Below, in pieces: positions 50,601 to 62,905 of a stretch of 64,000 nt of DNA. The DNA comes from Macrostomum hystrix (taxonomy: Eukaryota; Animalia; Platyhelminthes). The position numbers and the translations under genes were made by a program. The stretch lies in NCBI GenBank assembly GCA_950097015.1, contig CATNEN010000038.1:14012001-14076000 (forward strand), in the 5' to 3' direction. How positions within the stretch are numbered: position 1 is the stretch's first letter; the number at the start of each line of letters is the position of its first letter. Below the pieces are notes generated by a model. The model was given only the letters and a program-made list of their open reading frames with translations. It was not told the DNA's origin and searched no databases.

Positions 50601-50830
50601 ATCAGACTGATGGACAAGATGATCAGACTGATGAACAAGATGATCCGACTGATGGACAAGATGACCAGACTGATGAACAAGATGACCAGACTGATGGACA
50701 AGATGACCAGACTGATGGACAAGATGATCAGACTGATGGACAAGATGATCAGACTGATGGACAAGATGATCCGACTGATGGACAAGATGACCAGACTGAT
50801 CTGATGGACAAGATGATCAGACTGATGGAC
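47633..50830. repeat. 21-bp satellite (GATGATCAGACTGATGGACAA), ~150 units, 1197-bp higher-order repeat
   Basis: Tandem periodicity; ACACTG variants recur at +1197 (48105/49302, 48399/49596). Confidence 0.98.
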
Positions 50831-51150
50831 ACGATGATACAAAAAGACAATCTTGCTGACCTGACAGCCAAATCTTCTAGTTTTGGTACAGTTGAGAAAA
50901 ATAGCTTTAAGTTGATAAAAATGAAGTATAAAAAACGAACATACTAAAATCTATATTATATTTTTAGGCATACAATTCGGTTTTCACGGAAGCGCAAAAA
51001 ACGACGAGTTTATCATGTTGTCTATGGCTTTACTCTACAATATCTAGTTCCACGCTAATGGGAGCCATCAAATGCGATAGATTTGTACAACTGTTTATTG
51101 TAGTCTCTCCAAAACTATAAGACCAAGTCATCTAACCAACAGCTCAGGGC

Positions 51151-54100
51151 ATGTGGAATTCCAGGGACCATTTTAAACCTGCAGTTTTAGCTGACGACAA
51201 TCAGCTAGCTAGCTACGGTGAGTGAAATGCATCGCGTTTGGCTAAGTGTCTATGCGTTTGGCGTATTAAATTTGAACAAATCTCACAAATTAATAACAAC
51301 CAATCCAAACTCAATCGTGTTTAAAACGGCAATGTGCTCATAAGTTTATAGGCTTCCCGTATTCGGAAAAATTTTGTGAAGAAGTTCCCATGAGAAACGG
51401 TAACATATCCAGTAAAATTTGGTTCTGGGATTTCCCTCAAGCCACGGTAACGTATCCAGTAAAATTTGGTTCTGGGATTTCCCTCCAGCCACGGTAACGT
51501 ATCCAGTAAAATTTGGTTCTGGGATTTCCCTCAAGCCACGGTAACGTATGCAGTTAAATTTTATTCTGGGATTCCCCTCTTGACACGGTAACATATCCAG
51601 TAAAATTTGGTTCTGGGATTTCCCTCCAGCCACGGTAACGTATCCAGTAAAATTTGGTTCTGGGATTTCCCTCAAGCCACGGTAACGTATCCAGTAAAAT
51701 TTGGTTCTGGGATTTCCCTCCAGCCACGGTAACGTATCCAGTAAAATTTGGTTCTGGGATTTCCCTCAAGCCACGGTAACGTATCCAGTTAAATTTGCTT
51801 CTGGGATTTCCCTCCAGCCACGGTAACGTATCCAGTAAAATTTGGTTCTGGGATTTCCCTCTAGCCACGGTAACGTATCCAGTTAAATTTGGTTCTGGGA
51901 TTTCCCTCTAGCCACGGTAACGTATCCAGTTAAATTTGCTTCTGGGATTTCCCTCCAGCCACGGTAACGTATCCAGTAAAATTTGGTTCTGGGATTTCCC
52001 TCTAGCCACGGTAACGTATCCAGTTAAATTTGCTTCTGGGATTTCCCTCCAGCCACGGTAACGTATCCAGTAAAATTTGGTTCTGGAATCCTCTAGCATC
52101 GTTAACATATCCAGTTAAATTTGGTTCTGGGATTCCCCTCTTGACACGGTAACATATCCAGTTAAATTTGGTTCTGGGATTTACCTCAAGCCACGGTAAC
52201 GTATCCAGTTAAATTTGGTTCTGGAATCCCTCTAGCATCGTTAACATATCCAGTTAAATTTGGTTCTGGGATTCCCCTCTTGACACGGTAACATATCCAG
52301 TTAAATTTGGTTCTGGGATTTACCTCAAGCCACGGTAACGTATCCAGTTAAATTTGGTTCTGGAATCCCTCTAGCATCGTTAACATATCCAGTTAAATTT
52401 GGTTCTGGGATTCCCCTCTTGACACGGTAACATATCCAGTTAAATTTGGTTCTGGAATCCCTCTAGCATCGTTAATATATCTAGTTAAATTTGGTTTTGG
52501 GATTTCCCTCTAGCCACGGTAACGTATCCAGTTAAATTTGGTTCTGGGATTTCCCTCTAGCCACGGTAACGTATCCAGTTAAATTTGGTTCTGGGATTTC
52601 CCTCTAGCCACGGTAACGTATCCAGTTAAATTTGGTTCTGGGATTTCCCTCTAGCCACGGTAACAAATTCAGCCAAATTTAGCTTTAATTTTGGGATTTC
52701 CCTTCAGCAACGGTAGTATATCCAGCTAAATAATAAAGAAAAATTTTTGAATTTTGGTAAATTTCGATAATCTTCAAAAGTTTTTGGCCTACAAAAACCT
52801 CGCGCTAATTGCATACTATCAGGCCTGTTGCATCAGATTGCAAGATGCCAAATCGCTCAACATGTGAGATCTGTGCACATTTGCGGACAGCGCACACAGG
52901 TGCAGCCAGCTCCAGCCATCACGCGGCAGAGATTTCGAACTGGTCCTGCTTGGAAGAGCGGAGGTCTAGTGCAAGATACTGTCAACTGCAGCGCGACAGC
53001 AGATCGGCAGCCTTCAGCGCAAGTTGCTGATGTCAAGAAGGTAGCTTTTATTCCTAGCTTTTCAATTTATAAGAGACTGCATGAAGTTTTATCGACCAGC
53101 CCGACCCCCACCCCAAAGCCAAATGATTCGTCAGCCAATAAGCAGAGGCACCGGGATCCATTCGCTCACGCCCAGCCAATCACAGCCGGGGTGGGGCTGG
53201 ACCTGATTCGCCGTATGGGTTGGCGCGAGGGCCAGGGACTCGGCCGAAACGGCAAAGGTCGGACGGAACCGGTGTCCGTTGCTATGCGAAACAATCGTGC
53301 TGGTGAGTCCAACTCAGCCCACCCTACTTCAACATCTACTCTGCCCACCCTACTCAACATCTACTCTGCCCACCCTACTCAACATCTACTCAGCCCACTC
53401 TACTCAACATCTACACAGCCCACCCTACTCAACATCTACTCAGCCCACCCTACTCAACATCTACTCAGCCCACCCTACTCAACATCTACTCGGCCCACCC
53501 TACTCAACATCTACTCAGCCAACCCTACTCATCATCTACTCAGCCCACCCTACTCAACATCAACTCAACCGACACTACTCAATATCTGCAAGGCCTGGGT
53601 AGTCATCATGAGAGGCCATGCAAGTCGTCACCACCGCCGCCAATGCCGCCAATGCACCAGCTGACACCGCCATCGCCAAATGATCGTGCTGGTGAGTCCA
53701 ACTCAACCACTCTGCTCACAGTCTTACTCAATATTTACTTTACAATCCCTAGTAAACATCTACTCAACCCACCCTACAAAACTACTCTACTCAATCGACT
53801 ATACGCAACATATACAAGGCCTGGCCAGTCATGATGAGAGGCCATGCATGTCGCCACCGCAGCCGCCGCCTTTGCCGCCAACGCCGCCGCAGACACCACC
53901 GGCGCCTCCAGTCGAAAGCCGACCCCGAGCATCCAAGCGGCAGCAGCGGCAGCAGCAGCGGCGGCAGAAGCGCCAGGAGAAGGCTCAGCAGACGGCAGTG
54001 GGAGGCCAGCAGTCGGGTAGACAGAAGCAGATGCCGAATGCAATGATCCGTCTGGGCAAACTGAGCAAGGCGTACTCAGGCCAGTGGCCCACTTGGAGAC

Positions 54101-56222
54101 TGGTTCACGAGATGAGACAGCCCGGCGGCAGCTTGTACCTATACTCGGTGGGTATTTACTCAACTTTTTTCTCCATAACTACTTCTTCTTCTTCATAAAT
54201 TCTCCATACTCACAGACGCATGTCCATAAACTACTCACAGACACATGTCCATAAACTACTCACAAAACCAGCTGTCCATAAACTACTCACAAAACCAGCT
54301 GTCCATAAACTACTCACAAACGCATGTCCATAAACTACTCACAGACACCTGTCCATAATCTACTCACAAAACTGCTGTCCATAATCTACTCACAAAACAG
54401 CTGTCCATAATCTACTCACAAAACAGCTGTCCATAATCTACTCACAAAACAGCTGTCCATAATCTACTCACAAAACAGCTGTCCATAATCTACTCACAAA
54501 TACAGCTGTCCATAATCTACTCACAAAACAGCTGTCCATAATCTACTCACAAAACAGCTGTCAATAATCTACTCACAAAACAGCTGTCAATAATCTACTC
54601 ACAAAACAGCTGTCCATAATCTACTCACAAAACAGCTGTCCATAATCTACTCACAAAACAGCTGTCCATAATCTACTCACAAAACAGCTGTCCATAATCT
54701 ACTCACAAAACAGCTGTCCATAATCTACTCACAAAACAGCTGTCCATAATCTACTCACAAAACAGCTGTCCATAATCTACTCACAAATACAGCTGTCCAT
54801 AATCTACTCACAAAACAGCTGTCCATAATCTACTCACAAAACAGCTGTCCATAATCTACTCACAAATACAGCTGTCCATAATCTACTCACAAAACAGCTG
54901 TCCATAATCTACTCACAAATACAGCTGTCCATAATCTACTCACAAAACAGCTGTCCATAATCTACTCACAAAACAGCTGTCCATAATCTACTCACAAAAC
55001 AGCTGTCCATAATCTACTCACAAAACAGCTGTCCATAATCTACTCACAAAACAGCTGTCCATAATCTACTCACAAATACAGCTGTCCATAATCTACTCAC
55101 AAAACAGCTGTCCATAATCTACTCACAAAACAGCTGTCAATAATCTACTCACAAAACAGCTGTCCATAATCTACTCACAAATACAGCTGTCCATAATCTA
55201 CTCACAAAACAGCTGTCCATAATCTACTCACAAAACAGCTGTCCATAATCTACTCACAAAACAGCTGTCCATAATCTACTCACAAAACAGCTGTCCATAA
55301 TCTACTCACAAAACAGCTGTCCATAATCTACTCACAAAACAGCTGTCCATAATCTACTCACAAATACAGCTGTCCATAATCTACTCACAAAACAGCTGTC
55401 CATAATCTACTCACAAATACAGCTGTCCATAATCTACTCACAAAACAGCTGTCCATAATCTACTCACAAAACAGCTGTCCATAATCTACTCACAAAACAG
55501 CTGTCCATAATCTACTCACAAAACAGCTGTCCATAATCTACTCACAAAACAGCTGTCCATAATCTACTCACAAAACAGCTGTCCATAATCTACTCACAAA
55601 ACAGCTGTCCATAATCTACTCACAAAACAGCTGTCCATAATCTACTCACAAATACAGCTGTCCATAATCTACTCACAAAACAGCTGTCCATAATCTACTC
55701 ACAAATACAGCTGTCCATAATCTACTCACAAAACAGCTGTCCATAATCTACTCACAAAACAGCTGTCCATAATCTACTCACAAAACAGCTGTCCATAATC
55801 TACTCACAAAACAGCTGTCCATAATCTACTCACAAAACAGCTGTCCATAATCTACTCACAAAACAGCTGTCCATAATCTACTCACAAATACAGCTGTCCA
55901 TAATCTATTCACAAAACAGCTGTCCATAATCTACTCACAAATACAGCTGTCCATAATCTATTCACAAATACAGCTGTCCATAATCTACTCACAAATACAG
56001 CTGTCCATAATCTACTCACAAATACAGCTGTCCATAATCTACTCACAAATACAGCTGTCCATAACTCACTACGACAATCAGGTGACGGTTATGCACTGCA
56101 ACTACACGCCGATTACTTATCAACCAAATCGTAAACTAGCTAAGCTGGCGGCTGCAGAACTGGCCCTACAAAACCTGGATCCAGATGCCGCAGTCGGCCG
56201 TCAGCAATGGGGCTATCCTTGA
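51151..56222 (+). CDS. Truncated SON paralogue (G-patch + divergent dsRBD), 5 exons, ~371 aa
   Basis: Exons 51151-51217, 52823-53302, 53593-53691, 53819-54147, 56082-56222 (phases 1,1,1,0). Motifs AQPITAGVGLDLIRRMGWREGQGLGRNGKGRTEP, GLASHDERP, WPTWRLVHE..YLYS|VTV..NRKLAKLAAAELAL. The 5' exons are less certain. Confidence 0.78.
51395..52720. repeat. 47-bp minisatellite (GCCACGGTAACGTATCCAGTWAAWTTTGGTTCTGGGATTTCCCTCYA-type), paralogue intron 1
   Basis: Tandem periodicity. Confidence 0.96.
53310..53580. repeat. 25-bp minisatellite (CTACTCAGCCCACCCTACTCAACAT), paralogue intron 2
   Basis: Tandem periodicity. Confidence 0.93.
54207..56065. repeat. 26-27-bp minisatellite (ACAGCTGTCCATAATCTACTCACAAA), paralogue last intron
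   Basis: Tandem periodicity. Confidence 0.98.
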
Positions 56223-56835
56223 CAATCTTCTCTAATTTAATCAGTATAAAAGTGCATTCTAATGTGCTAATTAATATATGAAAATAAATAATACAATGCG
56301 AAATAAATCAACTGTCGACGTTTAGAAGTTAGACTAAAAACTTGTTACATTATTAGAACCATTGTATACTTTTAAGGAATAATGACATTATAAAATAAAT
56401 AGCTGAGAAAATAGAACTGGCGCAACCAATGCTTTTATGTACAAGAGTTAACATTGTGCTGTCCAGTTGTTTCGGTTGGTCATTACCCCTTATACAATTG
56501 GGTCAATTTAGCCGATCATTACCCATTCAATTGGGTCATTTCGGTTGGTCATTATCCCTTTAACTGGGTCATATCAGCTTATCATTACCGACTCAATTAA
56601 GTCAAATCCTTAAATCTATCAGGGGAGTTTTTTGTTATTAATTACCATAGTATCATAAAAAATGAAGTAACAATAATTTCAGCTACTCATAATAGACTTA
56701 GATACGGAGCAAATGTTAATAAAAATTAGTGAAAGTCAAACAGGAAATATATAATTTTCTATGGCCAAAACTCCATCATCCAAAACACGCTGTAGAGAAG
56801 GCGTAGATAAAAAATCTACCAAATTGTTAAGCTAG

Positions 56836-59800
56836 TCAGATCTGTCCCATAATTGTGAGTTGCTCAGACACCTGAAACTGCGCTTCTGTGCACTCAACCA
56901 GATCTTGGACTGACACACCCTCAGCTATCTCAGCAAGGATGAGTCCGGTCTCTGAGTTGACTGTGAAGACAGCCTTCTCGGTGATCAGCATGTCAACGCA
57001 GGACTTGCCAGTGAGGGGCAGGCTGCACTTGTCCAAGATCTTCGCCGAGCCATCCTGTGTTGGCAAAATGAACAAGTAAACTGATCATCGTCACATTGCA
57101 GTCCTCCAACTCTGTGATCCTCATAATCCTCATATTCCCCTCAGGTCTACACTGTGATCCTCATATTCCCCTCAGGTCTACACTGTGATCCTCATATTCC
57201 CCTCAGGTCTACACTGTGATCCTCATATTCCCCTCAGGTCTACACTGTGATCCTCATATTCCCCTCAGGTCTACACTTTGATCCTCATATTCCCCTCAGG
57301 TCTACACTGTGATCCTCATATTCCCCTCAGGTCTATACTGTGATCCTCATATTCCCCTCAGGTCTACACTGTGATCCTCATATTCCCCTCAGGTCTACAC
57401 TGCGATCCTCATATTCCCCTCAGGTCTATACTGTGATCCTCATATTCCCCTCAGGTCTACACTGTGATCCTCATATTCCCCTCAGGTCTACACTGTGATC
57501 CTCATATTCCCCTCAGGTCTACACTTTGATCCTCATATTCCCCTCAGGTCTACACTGTGATCCTCATATTCCCCTCAGGTCTATACTGTGATCCTCATAT
57601 TCCCCTCAGGTCTACACTGTGATCCTCATATTCCCCTCAGGTCTACACTGCGATCCTCATATTCCCCTCAGGTCTACACTGTGATCCTCATTTCCCCTCA
57701 GGTCTACACTGTGATCCTCATTTCCCCTCAGGTCTATAATGTGATCCTGATATTCCCTTAATATTCCCCTCCCCTCCGAAATCCCTCAGTGGGATCAATT
57801 ATCTTCCGAGATTGAGATCTCAGCTGACCCCAAAAGCCAGCCAGCGCAAAAGTACAAACCTTAGCGCAGTGCTCCATTGTGACGACCACTTTGGTGCCGG
57901 GAGCGCCGACCAGGTCCATAGCGCCCCCCATGCCCTTGACCAGCTTGCCCGGGATCATCCAGTTGGCCAGGTCGCCAGTCTTTGACACCTGCATGGCGCC
58001 CAGCACAGTCAGATCGATGTGGCCGCCGCGGATCATGGCGAAGCTGGACGCCGAGTCAAAGTAAGCCGCCCCGGGCAGGGCTGTGACAGTCTCCTTGCCG
58101 GCGTTGATCAGGTCAGGGTCCACCTGATGACAGGACACAGGGATTCGGCGCAAGAATTATCCCAAACTGAGGGGATCTGTGAGGATGGAAATCCCAAACT
58201 GAGGGGATCTGTGAGGATGGAAATCCCAAACTGAGGGCATCTGTGAGAATGTAAATCGCAAGCTGAGGGGATCTGTGAGAATGTAAATCCCAAGCTGAGG
58301 GGATCTATGAGAATGGCGATCCCAAACTGAGGTGATCTGTGAGAATGTCAATCAGAAACTGAGGGGATCTGAGAAAATGTAAATCCCAAAGCTGGGGGGT
58401 TCTGTGAGAAGGTCAATCAGAAACTGAGGGGATCTGTGAGGATGGCGATCCCAAACTGAGGGGATCTGTGAGGATGGAAATCCCAAACTGAGGGGATCTG
58501 TGAGGATGGAAATCCCAAACTGAGGGGATCTGTGAGAATGGCTCAACAACGTCTGCTCACCTCTTCCGCAGTGGGATAAGGGCCCAGTCCCAGAACGCCA
58601 TTCTCGGACTGCAGATGCACCCGCATGCCAGCCGGAATGAAATTGGCAGCTAGCATCGGCATGCCGATGCCCAGGTTAACGTACATGCCGTCCTTAAACT
58701 CCAGGGCTAGCCGGCGAATAATACGCTCGCGGGAGGACTCGCCGCCATCTTCGAGTCCGCCAATTGGAGGATGACGTGGGTAGGGTGAAAGCTAGGATAA
58801 AGCATCACGTGACCCGCGCCCCTGGTTGCTAAAAATAGAACACATTTGCTTTCCCCTCGACCAATCGGTCAGCCCGTGCTGACCTTTTTTCTTTCTTTCT
58901 TTACATTCTTTTTTTTATAATTGACTTTGAACTATAAAAATAACACAGGCATAAGCATTTCAGCAAATACCACGTGATATTTGACCTTGAAGTTTAAAAA
59001 CAGTTCTGGCATAATGATTTTAGTAAATATCACGTGACAATTGACCTTGAAGTTTAAAAACAATACAGGCGTAATGATCTCAGTAAATATCACGTGATAT
59101 TTGACCTTGAAGTTTATGGCTACGTGACAATACGAGCGAATTAAAACGTAAGTATTTATTAACTGATAACAGTGGGCCCAGTCTCACCACCTGCTGGCCC
59201 AGCGGCCGCTTTGCGCAGAATTTTACGTTCGATTCGTTTCTCGTAGGCTGCACCTTGAAGCAGACGCTTGACATACACACCGGGAATGTGCACCTGCTCT
59301 GGCGGGATCTCTCCGGATTCTAGGATCTCTTCCACTTCGGCTATTGTTATCTGGGAATGAGAATTAGGAGGTATAAAGGAGGATGACAGACTGAAGATGG
59401 AACTATGACAAATAAAAGTCGATGGGGATTGGAGTTCCGGTAGTATTTTGGCACCAATCTGAGGGGATTCGAGATTTGAGAATTAAAAAAACACAACAGA
59501 GGTTATATAGAAAAGATAAGAAACACATATAACCTATCAGATAATTAGCACCCAAAGTCCTGAGGGATTTGATAGAATTAAAAACAGACCAGGGGGGTCT
59601 AATAGATTAGGATAAGGAACACACCTGATGGGATCTAGGAGAATAAGGAATACACCTGATGGGATCTGGGAGAATAAGGAACACACCTGATGGGATCTGG
59701 GAGAATAAGGAACACACTTGATGGGGGGATCTGGGATAATAAGGAACACACCTGATGGGATCTGGGAGAATAAGGAACACACCTGATGGGATCTGGGAGA

Positions 59801-62107
59801 ATAAGGAACACACCTGATGGGATCTGGGAGAATAAGGAATACACCTGATAGGATCTGGGAGAATAAGGAACACACCTGATGGGATCTGGGAGAATAAGGA
59901 ACACACCTGATGGGATCTGGGAGAATAAGGAATACACCTGATGGGATCTGGGAGAATAAGGAACACACCTGATGGGGGATCTGGGAGAATAAGGAATACA
60001 CCTGATGGGATCTGGGAGAATAAGGAACACACCTGATGGGGGATCTGGTAGGATAAGGAACACACCTGATGGGATCTGGGAGAATAAGGAACACACCTGA
60101 TGGGGGATCTGGGAGAATAAGGAATACACCTGATGGGATCTGGGAGAATAAGGAACACACCTGATGGGGGATCTGGTAGGATAAGGAACACACCTGATGG
60201 GATCTGGTAGGATAAGGAATACACCTGATGGGATCTGGGAGAATAAGGAACACACCTGATGGGATCTGGGAGAATAAGGAACACACCTGATGGGGGATCT
60301 GGTAGGATAAGGAACACACCTGATGAGGGATCTGGTAGGATAAGGAACACACCTGCTGGGGGATCTGGTAGGATAAGGAACACACCTGATGGGATCTGGT
60401 AGGATAAGGAACACACCTGATGGGGGATCTGGTAGGATAAGGAACACACCTGATGGGGGATCTGGTAGGATAAGGAACACACCTGATGGGATCTGGGAGA
60501 ATAAGAAACACACCTGATGGGGGATCTGGTAGGATAAGGAACACACCTGATGGGGGATCTGGTAGGATAAGGAACACACCTGATGGGGGATCTGGTAGGA
60601 TAAGGAACACACCTGATGGGGGATCTGGTAGGATAAGGAACACACCTGATGGGATCTGGTAGGATCAGGAGCACACTTCACCTAGATTCTTCTAGATGGG
60701 ATCTGGGAGAATGAAAGCTCTTCAGCATTTGAGTGATCTAAAAAAACACCGAAGCAGAAAAATCTCCTACTTTTGCAGCGGTGCACATCGGCGCATTGAA
60801 GTTATTGGCGGTGCGCCTGAACACCAGATTTCCGGACTTGTCAGCGCGCCACGCCTTGACCAGGGCGAAGTCGCCGGTAATGGCCCGCTCCATGACATAG
60901 TTGACACCGTCGAATTGTCGATCTTCGCGTTGCTCGCTAGCCAATAGCACAGATTTGCCAGTCTCGCCGTATTTAATTGGCGCGCCGCCCTCGTGAATGA
61001 GGGTGCCGTAGCCGGTCGGAGTGTAGAATGCCGGAATGCCCGCCCCGCCAGCCCGAATCCGCTCTGCCAGGGTGCCCTGAGGAGTCAGCTCGACCTGGCA
61101 GCGGGGGTGCGGCGGTCAGGGCAGCTGCTTGGTGACTCAGTGATCTGAGGCATTGCATGCCAGGTGGAGACATAGCGACATTCAGAACAGACTAAGAGAC
61201 ATTCAAAACAGACTCACAGACATCCAAAACAGACTGACAGACACCCAAAACAGACTGACAGACATTCAAAACATACTGCAGACATCTAGAACAGACTGAC
61301 AGACATCCAAAACAGACTGACAGACATCCAGAACAGTCTGACAGACATCCAGAACAGTCTGACAGACATCCAAAACAGACTGACAGACATCCAGAACAGA
61401 CTGACAGACATCCAAAACAAACTGACAGACATCCAAAACAGACTGACAGACATTCAGAACAGTCTGACAGACATCCAAAACAAACTGAAAGACATCCAGA
61501 ACAGTCTGACAGACATCCAAAACAGACTGACAGACATTCAGAACAGTCTGACAGACATCCAAAACAAACTGAAAGACATCCAGAACAGTCTGACAGACAT
61601 CCAAAACAGACTGACAGACATTCAGAACAGTCTGACAGACATCCAAAACAAACTGACAGACATTCAGAACAGAACACAGTCGTTCTAGAACACACAAGAC
61701 CTCTAGAAGAGATCAGAAATCTGGGAAAACCAGGTCCAACGAACCTCGAGCTCGCCGCTGAGATACTGTCTGGCGAACTCGGCATTCTCGCCCACATAGG
61801 AGGACACCATTCTACGGATCTGTCTAGAACGCAGCAATCGTCCCAGGCCGAAGTCGTCAACTCCGGCATTGTTGCTGACCACAGTCAGATCCTTGGCGCC
61901 GTGTCGATGCAGGCCATCAATGAGATTCTCTGGTATGCCGCAGAGCCCGAAACCGCCAACTAAGATTTTAGAACCGTCTGGAATGTCTTTGACAGCCTCC
62001 AGTGGGTCTGTGTACAACTTGGGCGAGTGGAGAGTCGAGCTGAGGCCGAACCAGCGTCGCGAGATTGCATCCGATGGTTTGCTGATGAGCTGACTGCTGT
62101 TCTGCAT
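56836..62107 (-). CDS. OXCT1: Succinyl-CoA:3-ketoacid CoA transferase (SCOT), 6 exons, ~506 aa
   Basis: Exons 62107-61745, 61094-60771, 59350-59188, 58748-58561, 58123-57860, 57054-56836. Motifs [36 protein letters not shown], catalytic [15 protein letters not shown]; N-terminus looks like a mitochondrial transit peptide. The exon-4 acceptor is the least certain junction. Confidence 0.95.
57113..57757. repeat. 31-bp minisatellite, OXCT1 intron 5
   Basis: TGATCCTCATATTCCCCTCAGGTCTACACTG tandem. Confidence 0.97.
58160..58540. repeat. 32-bp minisatellite, OXCT1 intron 4
   Basis: CCCAAACTGAGGGGATCTGTGAGGATGGAAAT tandem. Confidence 0.95.
59608..60712. repeat. 31-33-bp minisatellite, OXCT1 intron 2
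   Basis: GGAACACACCTGATGGG(GG)ATCTGGGAGAATAA tandem. Confidence 0.97.
61178..61672. repeat. 21-bp minisatellite, OXCT1 intron 1
   Basis: AAAACAGACTGACAGACATCC tandem. Confidence 0.95.
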
Positions 62108-62665
62108 AACCAGGGTACAAAAGCCTTTGCATATAATATGAATACTTTGAGTTGTTTGAGTACTGGTACCATAGCCACAGTCAAACTAGGAGATTTTAAG
62201 TAGATGCCCTTTTTAAGTAGACAATTGTCTCTTACCCACCCTTTCCTAAACCAAATAAAGCTTTTGGAACCTTTAAATACAAGTAAACATGGTTAAACAT
62301 GTTACTTATAGCTAAAGTATAATCTTAACATGTGCTTTATTCTATGTTTTTAATTGATTAAAAGCATAGTAACTTTTTTGTGCCTAGCAGCCAAAAATTG
62401 CACTGAGAGATTTTTACTTCTTATGAAAGTGTCGAAAGCAAGAATGTGAGTAGAATTCAACCTTTAAATATACATATACCCTTTGAAAAAGTATATACTA
62501 TCATGGGTTTTTTATTTCATGAAGATGTAAATTTGGATAGAAATTTTGGCCCTCACCCAATCAAAAACATTTTTGTATAAAGCTTTTAAAGGTACTTTAC
62601 AAAAGCAATTTGCTAGACTACAGAATATTTATCAAGTGTAAAAATTTAATAATAAATCTTTTTTA

Positions 62666-62905
62666 TTGATTACACCTGCCCCAATTGGATCAGATGTCCA
62701 GCTGTCAGCATTGCAATAGCTATTGCCTAGTGCATCTGAAGGCTGTATATGACCCCAAATAATGCTGTGATATATTTAACAGCTTGGAGAAGTTAAAACA
62801 ACAAAGTTAAGCATCTTGCTAAAGGACACAAATTATTTCATATGAATTGGTAATAAAACCCCTGACCTTTAAATTATGAGCATGACACACTAGCCACAGG
62901 GCTAA
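62666..62905 (-). mobile_element. Degenerate tRNA-derived SINE-like element
   Basis: Minus strand reads TAGCCCTGTGGCTAG..AAGGTCAGGGGTT (tRNA-like head), then TGTGTCCTTTAGCAAGATGCTTAAC (resembles a common SINE core); the body is shared with two other copies in the window. Confidence 0.55.

Noticed and set aside
47579-50842. 1087-aa and 1055-aa ORFs on opposite strands
   Set aside because: By-product of a 21-bp unit; no unique coding flanks or splice links.
53041-53099. Possible short intron after DVKK in the SON paralogue
   Set aside because: Phase-0 donor does not match the available phase-2 acceptors, and the frame is open through it, so it is modelled as exon.
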